Assembly: GCA_034678605.1 (NCBI GenBank)
Contig: JAXDBQ010000039.1
Location: forward strand, 65,172 to 129,171
Length of the DNA stretch: 64,000 nucleotides
Source: Patescibacteria group bacterium
GTDB taxonomy: Bacteria; Patescibacteriota; Minisyncoccia; Minisyncoccales; UBA5738
Direction of reading: 5' to 3'
Shown: positions 1 through 7,783 of the stretch, in pieces
How the letters are laid out: every line of letters begins with the position of its first letter
Numbering within the stretch: the first letter of the stretch is position 1
Position numbers and translations under genes: made by a program
The notes under the pieces: model-generated
Seen by the model: the letters and a program-made list of their open reading frames with translations, nothing else
Database searches by the model: none
Told to the model about the DNA's origin: nothing

Positions 1-1
1 G

Positions 2-484
2 AATAACGAAAAAAGCGGCGAGGAAGTTTTGCGCGCGGTCCACAAATTGAACCAAAAAATTTCCCACGATATCGAAGAATTGAAATTTAACACCGCCATT
101 GCGGCGTTTATGGAATTTTTGAACTTTGCCGAGGCCAACAAAGAAAAAACCGGCAAGGATGTGTTGGAAAGAATGGTTTTGCTTTTGGCGCCGTTTGCAC
201 CGCACCTCGGCGAAGAACTTTGGCAAAAACTTGGCAACAGCGAGAGCGTTTTTAAACAGCCTTGGCCGCAACCCGATCAAGATTTTCTCAAAGAAGACAT
301 GGTTGAGATCATTGTCCAAATCAACGGCAAAATGCGCGACAAAATCTCGGTATCGGTCAATGCCAACCAAGCCCAAATCGAACAACTTGCCAAAGCGTCA
401 AAAATAGTGCAACAATGGATAGACAATAAACCAATCAAGAAAACGATATACGTTGGGAACAAGTTAATCAACTTCGTCATCTAA
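2..484 (+). CDS. leuS: leucyl-tRNA synthetase, C-terminal fragment (gene begins upstream of window)
   Basis: The frame is open from the window edge. The translation (KFNTAIAAFMEFLN...LLAPFAPHLGEELW) fits the LeuRS anticodon-binding/C-terminal domain. Confidence 0.85.
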   Translation, partial: NNEKSGEEVLRAVHKLNQKISHDIEELKFNTAIAAFMEFLNFAEANKEKTGKDVLERMVLLLAPFAPHLGEELWQKLGNSESVFKQPWPQPDQDFLKEDMVEIIVQINGKMRDKISVSVNANQAQIEQLAKASKIVQQWIDNKPIKKTIYVGNKLINFVI

Positions 485-494
485 AAACCAGGAG

Positions 495-562
495 ATAAGA
501 TTTATGATTTATGATTTAAGATTTAATCCAAATCTTAAATCTTAATTCTTAAATCTTAAATC
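495..562. repeat. AT-rich imperfect palindrome built of GATTTA/TAAATC words (leuS-glmS spacer)
   Basis: The left arm gataagatttatgatttatgatttaagattta is roughly complementary to the right arm aaatcttaaatcttaattcttaaatcttaaatc. Confidence 0.8.
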
Positions 563-576
563 AGGCATTTTAAATT

Positions 577-2388
577 ATGTGCGGTATTATCGGTTATATC
601 GGCAAAAACGAAGCGTTTCCGGTGCTCATTTCGGGGCTCAAGCGGATGGAATACCGCGGCTATGACAGCTTCGGTTTTTGTATCCACGGCAACGACAAAA
701 ATTTTTCCACGTTCAAAAAAGTGGGCAAAATTTCGGGCGCCGACGACGACCTGGCGAAAGTGAACGCGGCGGGCAATGTGGGCCACGCGCACACGCGCTG
801 GGCCACGCATGGCGGGGTGACCGATGCCAATGCTCATCCGCATTTGGATTGCCAGGGCGCGATCTCGGTGGTGCACAACGGCATCATCGAAAACTATAAA
901 GAGCTCAAAAAGGAATTGGAGGCCGAAGGCCACAATTTCATTTCCCAGACCGACACCGAGGTGTTGGCGCATCTGGTCGAAAAATATTTCGACGGCAATT
1001 TGGAGCGGGCGGTGAAAAAGGCCGTGGCGCGGGTGCGGGGAACCTATGGCATCGTGGTGATCGCCAAAAGCGATCCCGATAAGATTGTCGCGGCGCGGTC
1101 GGGCAGTCCGCTGTTGATCGGCATCGGCGAGGGCGAGTTTTTGGTGGCGTCGGATCCGGCGGCGGTGGTGGCCAACACCAAAAAAGTGGTCTATCTCAAC
1201 GAAGGCGAAATCGCCACGCTCACGCCCGAAAGTTATTCGATTTATGCCGAGCGCCAGCCCCAAGTAATCGAGTGGGATCTCAAAGATGTGGAAAAGGGCG
1301 ATTATCCGCATTTCATGCTCAAGGAGATCATGGAACAGCCCGAAAGTTTGCGCAATTCGCTGCGCGGCCGGCTTTTGCCCGACGAAGGCAATGCCAAGCT
1401 GGGCGGCCTGATGCCGGTCGAAGACCGCTTGCGCGATATTGAAAAACTGCACATTGTGGCATGTGGTACGGCTCGTTATGCCGGGTTGATTGCGGAATTG
1501 ATGCTGGAAGAATATGCCGGCGTGCCCACCGATGTGGATGCGGCATCGGAGTTCCGTTATCGAAAAAATATTCTTGAGAGAAATTCCGCGGTATTGGCGA
1601 TTTCCCAATCGGGAGAAACGGCCGATACTTTGGCGGCCATCCGCGAAGCCAAATCAAAAGGCGTGCTGACCATCGGCATAACCAATGCAGTTGAGTCGAC
1701 ACAAGCCCGGGAAACCGATGCCGGGATTTATAATCATGCCGGGCCGGAAATTGGGGTGGCGTCTTCCAAAGCGTTCACTTCGCAATTGACCGTACTGGCA
1801 TTGTTGACGCTATATTTGGGACGCCAGCGCGATATGGCGCTGGTGATGGGGCAACGAATTGTTAACGAACTGGCTCAGATCCCTTCACTGGCGGAAAGAA
1901 CAATTGAAAATTGCGCCGTCTTAAAAGAAATCGCTCAAACTTACAAAAATTATTTCAGTTTCTTTTTTATGGGTCGCAAATATAATTTTCCGATCGCGAT
2001 GGAAGGCGCGCTCAAATTGAAAGAACTGGCTTATGTGCATGCCGAGGGAGTTGCCGCCGGAGAATTGAAGCACGGAATGATCGCGTTGATAGAAAAAGAT
2101 TATCCGGTGGTGGTTATTTGCCCGAGTGATTCGGTTTATGAAAAAAATATTTCCAACATTATGGAATTGAAAGCGCGCGGCGCGCGGATTTTAGCGGTGG
2201 CCACCGAAGGCAATGAAGAAATCAAAGATATTGCCGATGATGTGGTTTATATTCCCAAAACCTTGGAAATGCTCACGCCGATCCTTGCCGCGATCCCGAT
2301 GCAACTGTTTTCTTATTATGTGGCCGCGGCGCGCGGTTGCGATATCGACAAGCCCCGCAATCTGGCCAAATCCGTCACCGTGGAGTAA
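577..2388 (+). CDS. glmS: glutamine--fructose-6-phosphate aminotransferase
   Basis: 603 aa with an N-terminal MCGIIGY Ntn-amidotransferase start, two SIS domains and the typical C-terminal end ...AKSVTVE. Confidence 0.95.
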   Translation: MCGIIGYIGKNEAFPVLISGLKRMEYRGYDSFGFCIHGNDKNFSTFKKVGKISGADDDLAKVNAAGNVGHAHTRWATHGGVTDANAHPHLDCQGAISVVHNGIIENYKELKKELEAEGHNFISQTDTEVLAHLVEKYFDGNLERAVKKAVARVRGTYGIVVIAKSDPDKIVAARSGSPLLIGIGEGEFLVASDPAAVVANTKKVVYLNEGEIATLTPESYSIYAERQPQVIEWDLKDVEKGDYPHFMLKEIMEQPESLRNSLRGRLLPDEGNAKLGGLMPVEDRLRDIEKLHIVACGTARYAGLIAELMLEEYAGVPTDVDAASEFRYRKNILERNSAVLAISQSGETADTLAAIREAKSKGVLTIGITNAVESTQARETDAGIYNHAGPEIGVASSKAFTSQLTVLALLTLYLGRQRDMALVMGQRIVNELAQIPSLAERTIENCAVLKEIAQTYKNYFSFFFMGRKYNFPIAMEGALKLKELAYVHAEGVAAGELKHGMIALIEKDYPVVVICPSDSVYEKNISNIMELKARGARILAVATEGNEEIKDIADDVVYIPKTLEMLTPILAAIPMQLFSYYVAAARGCDIDKPRNLAKSVTVE

Positions 2389-2431
2389 AAGTTAATTTGC
2401 ATAAATTTGGCGTTGAAAGTATTATGAGATT

Positions 2432-2704
2432 ATGAAAAATCAATCGAGAAAGAAACAAATAATGGAGTATACTGTGCTCTTCGCTCCCGATGAAGAGACC
2501 GGTTATTTTGCGGCTGAAGTTCCGGCGTTGCCGGGCTGCGTTACTCAAGGAAAAAATTTAGCTGAAGCCAAAAAAAACGCGCGTGAAGCGATAGAATTGT
2601 ATTTGGAAACTTTGGCTGAGAGAAAAATCGCTTTTCCGGAGGATATTGACCCGAATTTTTTGAAGAGCAAAGTGAGCGTGGAAGTTAATTATTGCCCGGC
2701 ATAA
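2432..2704 (+). CDS. HicB-like antitoxin (UPF0150 fold), no adjacent HicA
   Basis: The motif YFAAEVPALPGCVTQGKNLAEAKKNAREAIELYLE is typical of HicB N-terminal domains. The true start may be the internal Met at MEYTV. Confidence 0.6.
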   Translation: MKNQSRKKQIMEYTVLFAPDEETGYFAAEVPALPGCVTQGKNLAEAKKNAREAIELYLETLAERKIAFPEDIDPNFLKSKVSVEVNYCPA

Positions 2705-2758
2705 ATTAAATTATGACGCAGCTTTCGATTCTAAATTATTAAGGGAGAAATAAAAGAT

Positions 2759-3499
2759 ATGCTCGATAGTTTGATTTTGAACAAAGAATCAATTGAGACG
2801 ATTTACAAAACAATATCCGAATTTCACGAAAAATATCTTAAAAAATACGGCGTTAAGATTCCCAAGCTTTGCGATAAAAACAGCAATTTTACAAAAGATG
2901 CGTTGGTTTTGGTTTATTTAGCTTATGGCTATCCAAAAACAAGAAAAGTTTCGAAAGAAGAGTTGACTAAATTTGTGCGGAGTTATTATCCAAACACAAA
3001 TGATGTTCAGCAAGCCCGCCATCTTGGAGCCCAAAGCGGCTGGTGGATTGTTGCTGGCGGGAGAGACAATATTGTGCTCGAAGTAAAAAGAGGTTTATAT
3101 CAATTGTATACTTTGGAACAACCTTATCCTTCTTTCAAAAAGGGCTATCGGATTACCGATACCGGCGATTGGCAAAAAATAAAAGAAAAATATAATTTTA
3201 GATGTGCCACGTGCGGCTCGCTTGAAGGAAAGCCGCATTTTCATTGGCCGGCGACAAAAACCATTTTGCAGAAATCGCATAAAGATCCGAATAAACCATT
3301 GGTTGCCGGAAATATAATTCCGCAATGTCAAAAATGCAATCGTGGTGATAGAAATAGGTGGGTTTATGATGAAAAGGGCAGAGTGATAAAAGTGGCAAAT
3401 CCGACCGTGGTTAATTTTTGCGACATTGAAGTGCAAAAGAAAATCTATCGAATTTTGCATAAAAAATTTCAAGGAAGAAATCCAAATTCTTCGTTATGA
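2759..3499 (+). CDS. putative HNH-type (beta-beta-alpha-Me) restriction endonuclease
   Basis: It carries CATCG...HFHW...SHKDPN...N..PQCQKCN (Cys pairs flanking His/Asn). Its stop overlaps the methyltransferase start (ATGA). Confidence 0.5.
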   Translation: MLDSLILNKESIETIYKTISEFHEKYLKKYGVKIPKLCDKNSNFTKDALVLVYLAYGYPKTRKVSKEELTKFVRSYYPNTNDVQQARHLGAQSGWWIVAGGRDNIVLEVKRGLYQLYTLEQPYPSFKKGYRITDTGDWQKIKEKYNFRCATCGSLEGKPHFHWPATKTILQKSHKDPNKPLVAGNIIPQCQKCNRGDRNRWVYDEKGRVIKVANPTVVNFCDIEVQKKIYRILHKKFQGRNPNSSL

Positions 3500-4482
3500 A
3501 AAACAAAAAATTTTTAAATAAAATTATAGAAGGAGATTCGTTGAAAGCGATGGTTGAAATCGAAGACGATTCGATTGATTTGGTTTTGACCGATCCGCCA
3601 TATTTTTTGGATAAATTGGATAATAATTGGAATTACGAGAAAGTTGGCAAGACTAATAATCAGCATACGGTTACGTCTTTGCCTGCAGGAATGAAATTTG
3701 ATCGGCAGCAAGGGAAAAATTTTTATGAATGGTATTTATTGGTTTCCAAAGAAATTTTTCGGGTTTTAAAACCGGGGGGATTTTTCTTTTCTTTTTCCAG
3801 TCCGCGATTGTATCATCGCATGGCCAGCGCGGTTGATGATGCCGGTTTTGAATTGAGAGATGTTTTTATTTGGCTTTATACTCAAAATCAAATGAAGGCG
3901 ATGGGGTTGAGCCATTTTATAGATAAAATGGGTGTTGATTTGCAAAAAAAAACAGAGATTAAAAATAAATTAAGCGGTTGGAAAACACCGCAAATAAAAT
4001 CTTGTTTTGAGCCGATTGCAATGGGGCAAAAGCCGACAAGCGGCACTTATCTGGAAAATATGCTTGAAAATGAAGTGGGGCTTTTGAATGCGAATTTAAG
4101 AATTGGCGATGAAATGTATCCGGCCAATGTGGTTTCAACCGAAAATATCAGCGAGCAAATAGATAAAGCATTTTTGGTTTCAAAGCCGGACAAAAAGGAA
4201 AAGGGTGAATTTAACGATCATAAAACAGTCAAGCCATTGGCGGTTTGCGAATATTTGATCAATTTAGCGGCATTTTCCAAGGATGCGGTGGTATTGGATC
4301 CATTTTTGGGAAGTGGAACAACCGCGGTTGCGGCCAAAAGAATGGGCAGAAGTTATATTGGCATGGAGTTGAATCGTAAATATGTTGAAATCGCCCAAAG
4401 AAGAATTTCCGAAGTTGGTGTTTGTGCTAATTCGATAAATATCAATAGCAAGCAAAGGCAGATGAATTTTCAACTTAGTTGA
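3496..4482 (+). CDS. DNA methyltransferase, beta-class amino-MTase (N6-A or N4-C)
   Basis: The N-terminal catalytic motif LTDPPY comes before the C-terminal SAM motif DPFLGSGTTAVAA. This order is the circular permutation of the beta class. Confidence 0.85.
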   Translation: MKNKKFLNKIIEGDSLKAMVEIEDDSIDLVLTDPPYFLDKLDNNWNYEKVGKTNNQHTVTSLPAGMKFDRQQGKNFYEWYLLVSKEIFRVLKPGGFFFSFSSPRLYHRMASAVDDAGFELRDVFIWLYTQNQMKAMGLSHFIDKMGVDLQKKTEIKNKLSGWKTPQIKSCFEPIAMGQKPTSGTYLENMLENEVGLLNANLRIGDEMYPANVVSTENISEQIDKAFLVSKPDKKEKGEFNDHKTVKPLAVCEYLINLAAFSKDAVVLDPFLGSGTTAVAAKRMGRSYIGMELNRKYVEIAQRRISEVGVCANSININSKQRQMNFQLS

Positions 4483-4538
4483 TTGAACTTTGTTGATTAT
4501 TAAGATATGAGCAAATACTAAAATATATTTTTATATTT

Positions 4539-6206
4539 ATGAACAAATTATTGGAAAATGAAAAAGGGAAGAAGGTGATGTTTTTGGGGAACGAAGCGAT
4601 CATCCGCGGGGCGCTGGAGGCCGGGGTGCAATTCGTTTCCACCTATCCGGGCACGCCCGCGTCGGAGATCGGCAACAATTTTTATGCTTTGCAAAAGGAG
4701 TTGAAAGACGACCCCAAATTCTTGTTCGAGTTTTCCACCAATGAAAAAACGGCCATGGAGGCGGCGATTGGTGCCAATTTTTCCGGGCTAAAAACCCTGG
4801 CGGCGATGAAAAATTTCGGCTTGAACGTGGCGTTGGAGCCGCTCTTGCCGCTGGCCTACACCGGCACCCGCGCGCCCATGGTGATATTTTTGGCCGACGA
4901 TCCGTCGTGCCACAGTTCGGCGCAAAGCGAGGAGAATACCCGGCCGTTTTCGGTTTTGGGCCATTTGCCGATGCTGGAGCCAAGCGACGCGCAGGAGTGC
5001 AAAGATTTCACGATCGAGGCGTTCAAGATTTCCGAGAAGTTCGGTTTGCCGGTGATCGTGCGCATTACCACGCGCACGGCGCATCAGCGAGCGCGGGTGG
5101 AATTGGGCGAATTGGATCCGAATCGGAAGATAAATTTGAAGGGCGAATTTATTAAAGACAAGCGAAAGTTTGTGACCATGATGCCGCGCCTGCACGAAAT
5201 GAAAAAAGAAATGTTGGAGAGGGAACAAAAATTGGCGGCCTATTTTGAAAAGTGCAAACTGAATCGTGTCGAAGGCCTTGTTAAAGGAAAAAAACAACCA
5301 TTGGGGATTATCACTTCGGCGGTTTCGTATTTGCATGTCCGCGAAGCCATGGAGCAACTGGGGGTTGATTTGCCGGTGCTGAAATTGGGAATGTTTCATC
5401 CATTGCCCGAAAAATTGATCAAGGATTTTATCAATCCGTTGAAGAAGGTGTTGGTGGTGGAAGAATTGGAGCCGTATTTGGAACACCGGCTGGCGATGCT
5501 GGCCAAAGATGTCAATTGCAAATTGCGGATCCACGGCGTTGATCTGCGCTCACAGATCGGCGAAATGAAGCCCGAGATCGCGGCCGATATGATCGCCAAG
5601 TTCACGGGCAAAACCTATAAAATGCCGGTCTTCAAGCCAAATTTCGAGTTGCCCAATCGGCCCCCGCAATTGTGTCCCGGATGCCCCTATTGGCTGGCGT
5701 TTGCCGCGGTGAAAAAAGCCGTGGACGAGCAAAGGGTCATTTTTGGCGGCGATATCGGCTGTTATATGATCGGCGCCTTGCCGCCGCACGAGATCTATGA
5801 CTATATGTTTTGCATGGGATCGGGGATTGGCATTGCGCACGGTATTAAGCGGGCCACAGACCAAAAAGTGATCGCGTTTGTCGGCGACGGCACGTTTTTC
5901 CATTCGGGCATCGAGGGTTTGCTCAACGCGATTTACAACAAATCCAATCCGCTGCTGATCATTTTGAACAACCAGATCACGGCCATGACCGGCCACCAGC
6001 CGCACCCGGACGCGGTGGGCGTGGAAAACCGGATCCCGATCGAAAAAATGGTGCTGGCTTGCGGGGTCAAAGAACAAAATCTAAAGATCGTCGACCAGGG
6101 CAATTCGGAAGAATTCATCGCGGCGGTGCGTGAATTCGTTGAAAAACCCGAAGTGTCGGTTATTATCGCCAGAAGGCCGTGCAAATTTGTGATTCCGAAG
6201 GAATAA
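4539..6206 (+). CDS. iorA: indolepyruvate:ferredoxin oxidoreductase alpha subunit
   Basis: 555 aa with GNEAIIRGALEAGV..STYPGTPASEI at the N-terminus and a TPP-binding GDGTFFHSG motif. I saw no C-terminal CxxCxxCxxxCP ferredoxin repeats. Confidence 0.8.
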   Translation: MNKLLENEKGKKVMFLGNEAIIRGALEAGVQFVSTYPGTPASEIGNNFYALQKELKDDPKFLFEFSTNEKTAMEAAIGANFSGLKTLAAMKNFGLNVALEPLLPLAYTGTRAPMVIFLADDPSCHSSAQSEENTRPFSVLGHLPMLEPSDAQECKDFTIEAFKISEKFGLPVIVRITTRTAHQRARVELGELDPNRKINLKGEFIKDKRKFVTMMPRLHEMKKEMLEREQKLAAYFEKCKLNRVEGLVKGKKQPLGIITSAVSYLHVREAMEQLGVDLPVLKLGMFHPLPEKLIKDFINPLKKVLVVEELEPYLEHRLAMLAKDVNCKLRIHGVDLRSQIGEMKPEIAADMIAKFTGKTYKMPVFKPNFELPNRPPQLCPGCPYWLAFAAVKKAVDEQRVIFGGDIGCYMIGALPPHEIYDYMFCMGSGIGIAHGIKRATDQKVIAFVGDGTFFHSGIEGLLNAIYNKSNPLLIILNNQITAMTGHQPHPDAVGVENRIPIEKMVLACGVKEQNLKIVDQGNSEEFIAAVREFVEKPEVSVIIARRPCKFVIPKE

Positions 6207-6290
6207 ACATTGAACATTGAACTTTAAACATTGACAAAAATGCGCAAGGGCGGAGAGACCCGTCTTTTGCGTTTTTGCATTGCTGTATTT

Positions 6291-6413
6291 TGCATTTGTA
6301 TTTGTAGGGGCGAAACTATGTTTTCGCCCTGATTGCCGAAATGCGGGCGATTACCCACCTTCGTTAAAACTTCGGCGAGACAAGTATAGAATCGCCCCTA
6401 CAATCCAAAATGC
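6291..6413. repeat. GC-rich GTAG-flanked REP cluster (2 hairpins, second with a 31-nt loop insertion)
   Basis: The sequence is tgcatttgtatttGTAGGGGCGAAActatgtTTTCGCCC ... GGGCGATTAC[31 nt]atAGAATCGCCCCTACaa. Confidence 0.85.
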
Positions 6414-6546
6414 GGCGTATTCTATAATTCCAACCCTTTACATTTTCCAAAAAAGTTGTATGAAAATCATATAGCTCGTTTATAATTCGGTGTGAGAGTG
6501 ATGAAAACGTGAGAGGTCGAATTCTAAACGGCTCAAGAGGGATTTA

Positions 6547-6783
6547 ATGAAGATGCAAAATAAAACAAAAAATAGAGGCGAAACGCCTTGTCCGCATTGC
6601 GAAAAAGGAATTTCAAAAAAAGAAGATCTTGTTTTAAAGCATTGTCCGCATTGCGGAAAAGCCATAGAACCTCAGTTCAGGGGTCAGGGGAGGGGTGCGA
6701 AAGTTAAAAAATATATCAAGCTATCAACAGTGAGTACGTCGATTGGCGGAGATCGGGAAACTTTTATCCCCTGTGCGCCTTAA
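6547..6783 (+). CDS. small zinc-ribbon protein, function unknown
   Basis: It has CPHC...x14...CPHC. An SD-like agaggga lies 6 nt upstream of the ATG, and the hairpin agacac...gtgtct plus a T-run follows the stop. Confidence 0.45.
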   Translation: MKMQNKTKNRGETPCPHCEKGISKKEDLVLKHCPHCGKAIEPQFRGQGRGAKVKKYIKLSTVSTSIGGDRETFIPCAP

Positions 6784-6947
6784 TTTTTTAGACACTTTAT
6801 TTTTTGGTGTCTTCTTTTATTTTTATTTGATAATTTCGGTAATCTTTAATAAGATAGAGTTATTAAACGCATGATTTGGGATGTGAGATTTAGTATTTAT
6901 TCATAAATCATAAATCTTAAATCATAAATCAAAGATTTGATAAGATT

Positions 6948-7574
6948 ATGGCAAAGATAATCAATAAAACAAAAATTAAAAAAACAGAAAAGAGCGAAGT
7001 ATTCAATTGCGTGATCGTGGGCACGGGCGGCCAAGGGCTGATCACTTTGCTGGAGGTTTTGGCCGAGGCTGGGGCGAAAAGCGGTTTGGATGTTAAAACA
7101 TCGGAACTGCACGGCTTGTCCCAGCGGGGCGGGTCGGTGGAGGTTCATATCCGCTTTGGCAAGAAGGTTTGGTCGCCCATGGTGGAAGCCAAAAAGGCGG
7201 ATTTGATTGTGGGTGTGGAAATGCAGGAATGTTTGAAAGCCGCGCGGTTTGCCGGGTTGCAGACGCAGTATCTGGTGAATAAAACCGAGATTATGATCCC
7301 GGGCAAACAATTGTTGTCTGAAGAAGAGATTGTCAAAAATCTGCAAAAGTTCACCAAAAAAATCGAAGTTGTCGATGCCGATGAAATTTGCAAGCGGGAG
7401 TTGGGAAACGCCGCGGTGTCAGGGGTTTATTTGCTGTGCTTGGCGGCGTTCAAAAAAATGATTCCGCTGGCGCCGGAGGTAATGCTGGAAGCCATCGAAA
7501 CCGCCGTTGCGCCCAAGCATTTGGAAGTGAACGTGAAAGCGTGGGAATTGGCCCGGAAAAACGCGCAATCATAA
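6948..7574 (+). CDS. iorB: indolepyruvate:ferredoxin oxidoreductase beta subunit
   Basis: 208 aa. The motif VIVGTGGQGLITLLEVLAEAG is typical of the 2-oxoacid:Fd oxidoreductase gamma/IorB fold. Confidence 0.8.
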   Translation: MAKIINKTKIKKTEKSEVFNCVIVGTGGQGLITLLEVLAEAGAKSGLDVKTSELHGLSQRGGSVEVHIRFGKKVWSPMVEAKKADLIVGVEMQECLKAARFAGLQTQYLVNKTEIMIPGKQLLSEEEIVKNLQKFTKKIEVVDADEICKRELGNAAVSGVYLLCLAAFKKMIPLAPEVMLEAIETAVAPKHLEVNVKAWELARKNAQS

Positions 7575-7587
7575 AAATCTTGTTTTT

Positions 7588-7708
7588 TGTAGGGGCGAAA
7601 CTATGTTTTCGCCCTTTTGGGTTTAAACGCGGGCAAATGATTATTTGCCCCTACAAATGCGAAATGCAATACGGGCGATTACATAGAATCGCCCCTACAA
7701 TGCGAAAT
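7588..7708. repeat. GC-rich GTAG REP composite (3 hairpins)
   Basis: It reads GTAGGGGCGAAActatgTTTTCGCCC, then GGGCAAATgatTATTTGCCCCTAC, then GGGCGATTacataGAATCGCCCCTAC. The same order and sequence recur at 45216-45330. Confidence 0.9.
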
Positions 7709-7783
7709 TAAAAAATCCGGCGGTTGCCGAATTTTTTTGTATTTTAATCTTAAATCTTATATCCTAAATCTTAAATCTTGGCA

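Noticed and set aside
485-576. A glmS ribozyme upstream of glmS, a T-box upstream of hisS (22695-22777), and a riboswitch upstream of nrdD.
   Set aside because: The leaders are too short (about 80-90 nt) and consist of the low-complexity palindromic word repeats. None of the conserved cores of these RNAs is visible.
556-1608. A 350-aa ORF antisense to glmS. Similar long antisense ORFs lie at 4788-5534 (iorA), 7778-8725 (murA), 17348-18130 and 18737-19318 (topA), 23234-23893 (hisS), 33787-35073 (nrdD), 36267-37229, 58520-59218, 59398-60114 and 60541-61305.
   Set aside because: Each lies opposite a gene with a clear, full-length family match. Their translations are low-complexity (rich in R, G, A, F, H and Q) with no motifs. 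These are typical shadow ORFs on the antisense strand of GC-biased coding regions.
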